Shown here: positions 42,579 to 51,113 of the stretch, piece after piece | How positions within the stretch are numbered: position 1 is the first letter of the stretch | Layout of the letters: the number at the start of each line of letters is the position of its first letter | IMG/VR virus record: IMGVR_UViG_3300020045_011910 | Coordinates: 1-52,424 of that record | DNA from: a virus | Taxonomy: Duplodnaviria; Caudoviricetes | Direction: 5' to 3' (one strand) | DNA: 52,424 nt | Notes under the pieces: model-generated | Told to the model about the DNA's origin: nothing | The model's input: the letters and a program-made list of their open reading frames with translations, nothing else | The model's database searches: none | Program-made: the position numbers and the translations under genes

Positions 42579-43151
42579 ATGAAAACCTGCAAACGATGTC
42601 TGCAAGAATTGCCTCTTTCGTCCTTTCATAAAAAGAAAAACGAGTACCAGCCACTTTGTAAAGATTGTCGCCGTACTGTAAAAGGTGTCACAAAGCGTGC
42701 TGAAACTCTTGAAGAGTATTTCTGGCGCTATACACCCCGAGATTTGAGCCCAGACGTGTGCTGGAACTGGACCGGAGCGCTTTTTACCAACGACTACGGT
42801 AAAAAGACCTACGGCCAAGGTTTGTTTCAATATCAACATTATCGTATGCACCGTGTTTCGTATGAGCTGTTCAAAGGCCCTATACCTGATGATTTGCAAG
42901 TCTGCCATACGTGTAATAACAAACCGTGTTGTAACCCAAAACATCTCTATCTCACCACTTTTGCAGGTAACTCGTCTGATGCAGCACGCGACGGACTTTA
43001 CGAAAAAATATTACAACCATCTGACGTATTAGACATTCGTTGCATGTACGAACTAGGTGCTACATACGAACAGATGGCCGAGAAGTACAACGTAGGTACA
43101 AGCACTATCACAGGTGTTGTACTTCTCAAAAACCATAAATACGTCAAATAA
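42579..43151 (+). CDS. HNH homing endonuclease with C-terminal HTH
   Basis: CWNWTGA...HRVSYELFKGPIP...VCHTCNNKPCCNPKHL. Confidence 0.93.
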   Translation: MKTCKRCLQELPLSSFHKKKNEYQPLCKDCRRTVKGVTKRAETLEEYFWRYTPRDLSPDVCWNWTGALFTNDYGKKTYGQGLFQYQHYRMHRVSYELFKGPIPDDLQVCHTCNNKPCCNPKHLYLTTFAGNSSDAARDGLYEKILQPSDVLDIRCMYELGATYEQMAEKYNVGTSTITGVVLLKNHKYVK

Positions 43152-43162
43152 ACATAGTTTAC

Positions 43163-43930
43163 TCAGGCAGATTCCGGATTGAACATGTGATCGCCTGAAA
43201 CTGCGTCAACCCAAACCAGGTCACGTTGCTCGTCAAAGATGACATTCAGTACACGGAAGTTGGCTCCTGTGCCCGTGGCAATGACCCCGTTTGCCTCAAC
43301 GAAGTTCGAGGTAAATTGCAATTTTTGAACAGAACGACCAAAAGGCACGCAGATAAAGGTATCTTCAACCACGGTATTGTTGAGAAAGCCCACTGTAACC
43401 GTGTTCGAGGTATTATCGACGTGTGACGATATCTTACGAACCTGACCTACGTTCTGGCCCGTTCGACCGATGACCAGACCCCCCGAGAAGTCTGCATTAC
43501 CGGCGTTGCCCGTTACGCCAGCCGCCGTGAGCACCGTTTTTGATCCCGCTGTTGAGATAATCAGGATATTGCGCCCTGCAGCAGAACCGCCATTTGAGAG
43601 TGCAGTGCCTGCTGTAGCTCCACCTGAGACCGGAAAGCGGTAAATGGCAAAAGGATTGACCTCGACACGCACGAGGTTTTCCAGTGTACCAGATGTCGGT
43701 GGCCAGAAAGCCCCTGGATTTTGTGTCGGTGTCGCCGTATAAGTCGCCGCGTCAGTCGCACAGCCGAGACAATCGACGGCTGCAGTAGTACCGGACGGGT
43801 CCGCTGCTTCTCCGGCATTGGAAGCCGTCGCTTCTCGTACCAAAATTTGAGAAACCACCACGGCTGCAGAGACAAGATAATCGGCCAGGTAATCTTTTGA
43901 TCCAACCAGTGAACCTACAGATCGTGCCAT
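43163..43930 (-). CDS. Capsid decoration/cement-like protein
   Basis: Gly/Ala/Thr-rich; immediately upstream of the MCP apart from the HNH insertion. Confidence 0.55.
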   Translation of the reverse strand: MARSVGSLVGSKDYLADYLVSAAVVVSQILVREATASNAGEAADPSGTTAAVDCLGCATDAATYTATPTQNPGAFWPPTSGTLENLVRVEVNPFAIYRFPVSGGATAGTALSNGGSAAGRNILIISTAGSKTVLTAAGVTGNAGNADFSGGLVIGRTGQNVGQVRKISSHVDNTSNTVTVGFLNNTVVEDTFICVPFGRSVQKLQFTSNFVEANGVIATGTGANFRVLNVIFDEQRDLVWVDAVSGDHMFNPESA

Positions 43931-43948
43931 TTCGTTTCTCCCACTACT

Positions 43949-44332
43949 TCAGGCACCTATTAAATACTGCCGCGTGCGTTGATCGTCAGCACGTTCAGCA
44001 GCGCGAATCCGCTCAAAAGCGGCTTTTTCAGTGCGGATTTGGGCAGCGTATGCCCCCTCAGTTGCCACAAACATCGTCGTAGAATCTGGATGTCGGCACC
44101 AGTCACAGGTTGCGTAGTCTATGTAAAAAGTTCGTACCTTCTGGTAATTGTACCGATCTTCCCAGTGACGAGGCATCCTATGCTCACAGGACAGGCATAA
44201 GCTTAAGGTTTTACGTAAGGCAACCATGTCCGCAAGGAAACTCGTTAGCCCGTCAGGACGCCGCCACTTAGAAAGGGGTAGTGCACGGGACACCCAGCCT
44301 GTAGCAGTTTTTATGGGCTCGTTAATTCTCAT
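43949..44332 (-). CDS. Hypothetical protein with two CxxC motifs
   Basis: CLSC and CDWC. Confidence 0.65.
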   Translation of the reverse strand: MRINEPIKTATGWVSRALPLSKWRRPDGLTSFLADMVALRKTLSLCLSCEHRMPRHWEDRYNYQKVRTFYIDYATCDWCRHPDSTTMFVATEGAYAAQIRTEKAAFERIRAAERADDQRTRQYLIGA

Positions 44333-44345
44333 CTAACTTATCCTG

Positions 44346-44663
44346 TTACCAAATAAGGTCTGGTGCCGATCCAAAAGCCCAGTTCGGGCTTCCACAGTGC
44401 GGACATCCAGCATGGACACCAACTTGCGTAAAGACGTTCTTGTCTATCGTATCCAGGTCTTCAATAGGTGTACCAGACGGTATGATGTACGTCGTGCCTG
44501 TGGTCGTCTGTGACCAGACTGCTTGCTCCGGGTCAGTCGTCAATTCTGGGTCGATACCACGAAAACCGCACACGGAACACGACCAACGCCAGTCAACACG
44601 CTGTTCCCAGGGATTGTAAGCATTATTGGTTCTTTTGTATAGGTGCGGTTGCCTATGTGCCAT
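44346..44663 (-). CDS. Zinc-ribbon hypothetical protein
   Basis: CSVCG and CPHCGS. Confidence 0.65.
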   Translation of the reverse strand: MAHRQPHLYKRTNNAYNPWEQRVDWRWSCSVCGFRGIDPELTTDPEQAVWSQTTTGTTYIIPSGTPIEDLDTIDKNVFTQVGVHAGCPHCGSPNWAFGSAPDLIW

Positions 44664-44877
44664 GTTTGTATGGACTTTCTGTCGTATCCGTCAACCATTT
44701 ACGTCCTACATTGAGTAAAACAGACGCGAGCGGTATAGCCCAGGCATAGTCTGTCTGACCAAGTAAATCGACCTGAGTACCCAGATACGCTAGCCCGGAA
44801 CCACCGAGCGTGATACCAAGACCTTTGCCAATTTTAACAAGATCGCTTTTACCTAGTGAGAAGCGCGGAGAGCCCAT
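44653..44877 (-). CDS. Small two-TM holin-like protein
   Basis: Likely start MGSPRFSL; two hydrophobic helices ending NVGRKWL. Confidence 0.55.
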   Translation of the reverse strand: MGSPRFSLGKSDLVKIGKGLGITLGGSGLAYLGTQVDLLGQTDYAWAIPLASVLLNVGRKWLTDTTESPYKHGT

Positions 44878-44884
44878 TTTTTTG

Positions 44885-45913
44885 CTACCTTGTGGCGTTT
44901 CTTTGCCGATAGTCCGCAAGCCGCTTACTCTTTTCAGCGGCGGAAAGTCCGTCGTACAGGTACTTTGCCGCAGCTTTGTCTTCTGTAGGGAGCTTTGGCC
45001 AGCCTTTGCGTATCTTTGGATCACGCAAGAGGTTTAGTTCACCAGGTGTCAATAACTCAATTGCTTCGACACTGCGTGAGTTATTTGGTCGCGTAGTGCG
45101 CCCATTACCTGTCTGCACGGTACCTGTCGTCTGTGCACGAGCTTCTTGCCTGCGACCCTCATTAATGAGACCGGAAGAGCGGATTTCTAGACACAACTTG
45201 TCCACAAGAGCAGCGTCAACTTGACGAGTGATGCCCCCAGGTCCAACCATTGTGACTTCTTTACGCGGATCAGAGGGATAAAGCAGCCTGTTCTCTGCAT
45301 TCTGCGCATAGTTGTCGTACTGTTCCCATACTGCCTGGGTCAGCTCACTCTCGGGATTTGCCAGGTCGGGATGACGTGTACCTACAATCGTTTGGAGATT
45401 GTAGGTCGTGCCTACTCGGGTGAGCTTACCGTCGATGAGCTTATCAACGTCTTCCGGTGTAAGTGTCTGAGCACTTGTAGCGCCTTGCGCGGAGCGAGAC
45501 GTGAGCACTTTTTTGATTTTTGTAAGCCCAGACTTGTCGTTGTTGAGCCATTTTGTTAGCGCGTCGTCCAGCTCATCTTCGGTCAGGTCTTCAGTCGCGC
45601 CTGCGTTGATAGCTGTTTGAGCTGCGTGCTGGTCTTGCGGTGTCGCAGTCAAACGTCCCTCTAGATGGGCAATACGCTCGGCAAGTTTGCGCGCCTCGGA
45701 CTGTGCGCCCGAATTTTGTTGCCGTTGACGTTCCAATTGACGCCTCAGCTCTACGTTTTCCCTTCGCGTTGCTTCGATGTTATCTGCAGACTGGGAAGTT
45801 GTTTCCGCAGCCGGTGTCTCTGATGTCACATCGCTGCCCGTTTCCAGGTCAATCAAAGTGGGTTCAAGCGTAGCCTGGCCACTTGTAGATTGAGTTATGG
45901 TGGATTCAGCCAT
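44885..45913 (-). CDS. Capsid scaffolding-like protein
   Basis: Likely start MAEST; acidic N-terminus and coiled coil; lies between portal and MCP. Confidence 0.6.
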   Translation of the reverse strand: MAESTITQSTSGQATLEPTLIDLETGSDVTSETPAAETTSQSADNIEATRRENVELRRQLERQRQQNSGAQSEARKLAERIAHLEGRLTATPQDQHAAQTAINAGATEDLTEDELDDALTKWLNNDKSGLTKIKKVLTSRSAQGATSAQTLTPEDVDKLIDGKLTRVGTTYNLQTIVGTRHPDLANPESELTQAVWEQYDNYAQNAENRLLYPSDPRKEVTMVGPGGITRQVDAALVDKLCLEIRSSGLINEGRRQEARAQTTGTVQTGNGRTTRPNNSRSVEAIELLTPGELNLLRDPKIRKGWPKLPTEDKAAAKYLYDGLSAAEKSKRLADYRQRNATR

Positions 45914-46014
45914 TATTTCCATCCTTATCTGGTCTTCAAACAGAAGTGGGAAATTCCACATGTAGTGGCAACTGTCGATTCCCAAACGACACCGCACTAC
46001 GGAAACAAACAAAA

Positions 46015-46049
46015 AGGGCCAGGACGGTTCTACTCTATGTCCTGGCCCT
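46015..46049 (-). terminator. Intrinsic terminator-like hairpin upstream of scaffold gene
   Basis: 11-bp stem AGGGCCAGGAC/GTCCTGGCCCT followed by TTTTGTTTGTTT on the - strand. Confidence 0.6.
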
Positions 46050-46385
46050 CTCTGGTTGTATGTATCTCCAGGGGCTCTCAAGGTCCGTAAAGCAGGCTCA
46101 CCCTACCACGATCTACATGCCAAAAATCCTCTGTCGAAACAGTAAGCTGGTCGTTACGCCGCAAAAACCATTTTTTTACGCAATTGTTTTCTCAAAGACA
46201 AACCCACATGACTTGAGACAAACGCCAATTAAGTTTGTAAAGGCTCAATACGCACAACAGTTGTGCATTTTGAGCATTTCAATTCAATGATACCTGAAAT
46301 TTGCGCCCTACACAAGAGTCTACTACACAACGGACAACGAATTTGTAATAGTTGTGTTGTTTTACCGAGATATAATATACGTTTT

Positions 46386-46793
46386 TCACACAGGGTAGCT
46401 AGCACGACGTGAGCGCTCCTGCGCTTTTGATTCTATGGTTATTTGCGTAGGTTCTACTTTGTTGTGCGGCAAAGTTGTCGTATAACTTTCTAGTGAAGCA
46501 AGTAACGCTTCTGCGTGTTTCTCGAAAGGATTTGGAAGTTCTGCAATTTTATACACTCTTTCGATCAAACGCATAAATGCTACTTTTATGCCACGTTGAA
46601 TATTTGCGTGATTTTCATTGATGTTTGGACTATCAAGATTGTGCGTTGCTTGTTGTAATGCAGGCAAAATGTGCACACGCATTAGAACATACCAACCAGG
46701 AGAACATACCATTTGCGCGATAGCTCCTCTTTCCTCTGTACTGAGTGCGGCTTGTTGTTCCTGCACGACTTGACTCCTTAACTTGATTCCCAA
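46386..46793 (-). CDS. Hypothetical protein (portal-associated helical type)
   Basis: MVCSPGWYVL...IQRGIK pattern, common in small genes after portals. Confidence 0.55.
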   Translation of the reverse strand: MGIKLRSQVVQEQQAALSTEERGAIAQMVCSPGWYVLMRVHILPALQQATHNLDSPNINENHANIQRGIKVAFMRLIERVYKIAELPNPFEKHAEALLASLESYTTTLPHNKVEPTQITIESKAQERSRRASYPV

Positions 46794-46805
46794 TAAGCAT
46801 GGATT

Positions 46806-48857
46806 CTAATTAGCGCTGCGACTTACTTCATAAGTGATCGCTCCATCATTCGCAAAACATATCACGTCGTTGGCAGTAGCTGTAAAGTTAACACTCCCTG
46901 CCATTTGAAGTCCCGCGCCATCAACAAAGGTTGTATTACCGTTGGTTGTCCTCAGACAAACTGGGGGCGCTGCAGGCTGAATATCATCCAAGGCCGTAAT
47001 GTTCGTGGCAGCGCTATTATTGACAGACCAGAAGAAATTGCCACGGACAGAAGGAGTCGTATCAAGATCTGTAAAGGCTACAAGATTACTTCCCCATTTT
47101 GCGCTCAACGGTCCTGTAGTTGTATTGACGTAATTCCACCCGACGAGGTTCCCGTCGGCAAACACCGACGCATCTTGAATAAAATTAACGCCCGCACTCG
47201 TATTCAGGCGATTGTCACTAAACGCTGAGCGCAGCACTAGCCCGACCCCCGTGGTAATCGCTAACGGGGTGATTGCACCCTGCACATCGTTTCCTGTGAT
47301 AAGGCAGTTGTCACACTGATGGATGTAGATGCCTGTCTGGAAAGAAGTACCTATCTGATTGTTCTGGACATTGATATGCGAATTCCTCTCGGGCGGGGAA
47401 CAGGCACTTCCAGAATTAAATACCGCAATCCCGGCTGCGTTTGCCGGAGAGGTTGTATTGACAATGATATTATTTGAAATGGTTAATGCAGAGGTGCCCG
47501 TACACGATCCACGGTCGTTGACCGAAATCACGCCATCCGTGCTGGCGGGATTAGTGGTGTAGCACGTCCGGCAAATATTCCCATCCACACTGCCGTTGGT
47601 TGCTTGAATGGCAACAAGTTGTCCAGTCAAATCGAACGCCTCATTGTCTTGGACAATCGTGCCTGAGCGCCCAAATTCGATGGCAATCGCCCCAGTTCTA
47701 AATCGGTTTGATTCAACATTCATTGAAAAATTGTTGGGGTTAATACCGACTTGCGCAAAGTTCGTGAAGAGATTCTGGACAATCCATCCCCTCTCGCCCT
47801 TAGTGGCACTCCCAAAATTGCCCACACCTACCACTTCGGCTGTGATATTTTCAAACCAGTTATTGGCGATGGTGACGTTGTTTGCCTGATAGACATTAAG
47901 CCCACGTTTGTGCGTAAACCACGTGTTGCCCCTTGTCCCGCCAAATTTGAAGTGGCAATCTTTCACAATGACATGAGAGAGGTAATCACCATCAGTCACG
48001 TCGGGATCATAGATATTTAAGCCGCCGTAATTGCAGGTTTTTGCATCAGGGCAGCCAGGGTCAGTCGCATTCTCTGTGTCCCAAGTGAGGGAAGTAGTCC
48101 ACCCTTCGCACAGGATCGTAATGGCTTTAGTGATATTGACTCGTGTTGTACTGAATTGGTAACAGGCTGTGCTGGTTTGTGGAAAAAATAACGTTGAACC
48201 TTCTAGTACTTTATTTGCTAGATTTTGAAAAGCTGCTGCATCGTTCGTACTACAATCACCTACAAGACCGTGTTCTAGTACGTTATATATAGAGGTTTGT
48301 ATATACGCAGGTATCGGGGTATTCAATCCATTGAACACCACCGTAGTGATAGCGCTTGCTGTTATCGTTACCTTCATGAGCCATGCACTATCTAAAGGTA
48401 AAGAGGGCTCTGATGTATCTGTACAATTTACAAAATAATTCGTTCCTGTTACCCTCGAAAAATTTCCCGAAGAATTTGCGGTCATAGCGCTAATGATGAC
48501 CCAGGCCGTGTCGTTTACCGCACATCCTGCTGTTGTGTAGTTAATTGCTGCGCTGCCCCCGGTTCCATCTGAAAGTGCACGTACCCTGTTACCGCTATTC
48601 GTAAACGCTTCTGTTGCAAAAGCCGCGCTTGTCATACCTGCTGCAGTGGGATGTGTTCCCCCACTTTCTACCCAACCGACCGAAAAATACCGGCTAAAAA
48701 TAGCCGGTATTTCTTGCTGATCCCATGTGCGTTGTATGCTGTACGATGAAGCATTTGGCTGCGTTGCAGGTAATGGTGTTACTGACTCGTTACCCGCAGC
48801 AAAAGCACTCACACACTGAACAAGGAGTAAAAAAACAAGCAAAAGTACGTGCATCAA
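46806..48857 (-). CDS. Right-handed beta-helix (tailspike/pectate-lyase-like) protein with signal-peptide-like N-terminus
   Basis: YNVLEHGLVGDCSTNDAAAFQ...TLFFP; repeated I-x-NN strands; MMHVLLLVFLLLVQCVSAFA leader. Confidence 0.75.
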   Translation of the reverse strand: MMHVLLLVFLLLVQCVSAFAAGNESVTPLPATQPNASSYSIQRTWDQQEIPAIFSRYFSVGWVESGGTHPTAAGMTSAAFATEAFTNSGNRVRALSDGTGGSAAINYTTAGCAVNDTAWVIISAMTANSSGNFSRVTGTNYFVNCTDTSEPSLPLDSAWLMKVTITASAITTVVFNGLNTPIPAYIQTSIYNVLEHGLVGDCSTNDAAAFQNLANKVLEGSTLFFPQTSTACYQFSTTRVNITKAITILCEGWTTSLTWDTENATDPGCPDAKTCNYGGLNIYDPDVTDGDYLSHVIVKDCHFKFGGTRGNTWFTHKRGLNVYQANNVTIANNWFENITAEVVGVGNFGSATKGERGWIVQNLFTNFAQVGINPNNFSMNVESNRFRTGAIAIEFGRSGTIVQDNEAFDLTGQLVAIQATNGSVDGNICRTCYTTNPASTDGVISVNDRGSCTGTSALTISNNIIVNTTSPANAAGIAVFNSGSACSPPERNSHINVQNNQIGTSFQTGIYIHQCDNCLITGNDVQGAITPLAITTGVGLVLRSAFSDNRLNTSAGVNFIQDASVFADGNLVGWNYVNTTTGPLSAKWGSNLVAFTDLDTTPSVRGNFFWSVNNSAATNITALDDIQPAAPPVCLRTTNGNTTFVDGAGLQMAGSVNFTATANDVICFANDGAITYEVSRSAN

Positions 48858-50884
48858 AGCGCTGGCTCCTCTGGTATCGTTCCATTCGTTGCACCATTTT
48901 GCGGTATAAGAGTTTGTGCCAACTCTGCTAAGGCAGGTGAGATCTGACCTGTTTGTTGAAATTGTTGAGCGTCTTGCGATAGTGCCTGTATCTCAGCTTG
49001 AGCCGCTTGCTGTTGTAACTGACTCAATTGCTGCTCAAACGTGGCAATCTGGACCTGAATAGTCAAAGTACGAACTTGTGTCTGAAGTAACGCAAGTTCC
49101 TCTGGGTAAATGTCATCAAAGCCGTGCTGGTCGAACACGCCCCAGATACGTTTTTGCATGAGCCTGATCCCAATAGGGTAATCTTGGATAGCAGGCGCGG
49201 TAATTTGGTACAGATTGAGAATAGCTTGACGATCAAATTGTTCCTCGGGATTGACTTCGATCTTTACGTCAAAGAAACCTGAGATATGCTCTTTAGAAAT
49301 TGGCAGCGCCACCCGCCGTTGCGCCGATGGACGCCCTGTGTCTGTCAAAGGTTTGTTGGAAAACAGACGGTCCCATAAATTACGCGGTTCTTCTTCGGAG
49401 CGTTGTGCCACTATATCAACTGGGTCAAAAATTGACACATACGTATCATCAGGCAAGATTTCCTGCCAGAGTCGAAACTTAAACGCCAGTAAAGACGAAA
49501 ACTGCTTTGCCGCAAGACGTACAAGCATACCGTAGGTCTTACGTGTCTGTGCGAGCAGAGCAAGGGTCGCGGACGCCGTACGTGGTGCGTTGGAACCCTG
49601 GCCCTGGCGACCGAGATTGAAGTCAGTAACGTTAGAATCTCGCTCTACGTTCGCCTGGGCAAGCTGAATTTGCTCTGCGAAGTGGCGATTTAAGGAGCCC
49701 CTTGGCGCAAACTGCACACCGGAAACGTCGTCAATAGGCACCGTCGTGCCAGGCTGCACAGTGCGAAGGTCAGGAATTTCACCTGTAAGAAAAGTATTCA
49801 CGAACACGTACGGGAGCATTGAGACCTCGCCGTAGTTGACCAGTTGCTCGTGCAAGCGGTTTATGAGGTCTTGCATAGACTCCAAACGATCAGGAACATT
49901 AAGCCCGCGCCACTGTCGAGGCTGTGGCCAGAAAGTTACTGGAAAGAAAGGGCGACGTGGGCGGTCGTCCTGTGGGAAGACCTCGGTGAGTTTGCGAACT
50001 CCAGCAAGACGACCGTGATTTGAAGGGGAGTTGTCCGACGTGCCTGTGACCTGGGCATCAGGAAACCAGGACACAATCAAGTCTTCATCTCCAATGTCAT
50101 CGTCCAAGGTAAAGCGCTCGTAGGATTCAACGAAAGGTACAGAGTCAGGTCGAAACTCAATGACGCGCTCACCTTCACGTTCCAGCTCGACGCGCTTACG
50201 CTCTGTAAGTTGCTGCGAATCGCCAAGTTCGTCGGGGTCTGGTGTGTCAAAGCCAAGCTGTTCCATGCGGTAAATATCGTCGTAAGAAAGGAAGAACTCC
50301 TGAGCAACGTAGCGACACTCTGGGTATTGAAGCCCCTCTGCATCAGGAGCTACAAGTAACATACCAAGGTCCAGGGCATCAATTCGAACCTGCCGACGAA
50401 GAAAGCGCCGGGCGTCAGGGGAGGGAGGAAGCCACGGCGGTTCCCAGGACATGACTTTCGCCACCCCAACTGAGTCCATCAGCGCGTCAAAAATGAGCGT
50501 ATTAGAAATCTGGTACCACTCAATAGTGGACTCCAAAGCCCAACGTAAGAATTTTGTGGCAAATTCCGCACCTTCAGCATCTTCATCACCAAAGGGCGTC
50601 ATCTGAATTTGCATGATATTGGCAAAGAGTGCCTGCCAAATTTCTCCTTGGAGCTTTTCAAGCACGTCACGGGTCGTTGGAACAAAAAGTCTTGCTGCTT
50701 CTGGCCATGGTCCTTCTGGTCTTAGTGTAGGATCTGCTAAGTAACGCCGATAGCGTTCTGCATGTCTGAAACTAAAATCACCTCTTGCCTGCAGTGCCTC
50801 ATCGCGGTGCTCAATGACTTGCTGCGTAAGATTGCGCTCTTGCGTTGCGCTGAGTTGTAGGAAATTGTAAATGGTGTTGGGCAT
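48854..50884 (-). CDS. Portal protein
   Basis: 676 aa after terminase; DALMDSVGVAKV, SMQDLINRL, RTAS and Gln-rich C-terminal barrel typical of P22-like portals. Confidence 0.85.
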   Translation of the reverse strand: MPNTIYNFLQLSATQERNLTQQVIEHRDEALQARGDFSFRHAERYRRYLADPTLRPEGPWPEAARLFVPTTRDVLEKLQGEIWQALFANIMQIQMTPFGDEDAEGAEFATKFLRWALESTIEWYQISNTLIFDALMDSVGVAKVMSWEPPWLPPSPDARRFLRRQVRIDALDLGMLLVAPDAEGLQYPECRYVAQEFFLSYDDIYRMEQLGFDTPDPDELGDSQQLTERKRVELEREGERVIEFRPDSVPFVESYERFTLDDDIGDEDLIVSWFPDAQVTGTSDNSPSNHGRLAGVRKLTEVFPQDDRPRRPFFPVTFWPQPRQWRGLNVPDRLESMQDLINRLHEQLVNYGEVSMLPYVFVNTFLTGEIPDLRTVQPGTTVPIDDVSGVQFAPRGSLNRHFAEQIQLAQANVERDSNVTDFNLGRQGQGSNAPRTASATLALLAQTRKTYGMLVRLAAKQFSSLLAFKFRLWQEILPDDTYVSIFDPVDIVAQRSEEEPRNLWDRLFSNKPLTDTGRPSAQRRVALPISKEHISGFFDVKIEVNPEEQFDRQAILNLYQITAPAIQDYPIGIRLMQKRIWGVFDQHGFDDIYPEELALLQTQVRTLTIQVQIATFEQQLSQLQQQAAQAEIQALSQDAQQFQQTGQISPALAELAQTLIPQNGATNGTIPEEPAL

Positions 50885-50885
50885 T

Positions 50886-51101
50886 TTAGTCCCTTACCAG
50901 TGCTTCAATTTCACTGAGCGCTGCCCGAACTTGCCCGGTAAAATCGGCCACATTACTAATTTGGAAATTACTTTTGTCCAGTAATTCTTTCCGAGTTGCC
51001 GTTTCAAAGTCCGTGGCGAGCTTGTCAATATTTTGTAGCAACTCGAAAAAGCGGTCTTCTTCGGGTTTTGACGCGAATACGAAAGAAACGAGACGTGGCA
51101 T
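50886..51101 (-). CDS. Hypothetical protein
   Basis: AAGGA RBS; between terminase and portal. Confidence 0.6.
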   Translation of the reverse strand: MPRLVSFVFASKPEEDRFFELLQNIDKLATDFETATRKELLDKSNFQISNVADFTGQVRAALSEIEALVRD

Positions 51102-51113
51102 TTCTGTTGTCCT

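Noticed and set aside
45914-46081. N-terminal extension of the scaffold ORF
   Set aside because: Runs through terminator-like hairpins; MAEST with an upstream AAGGATGG RBS-like site fits better.
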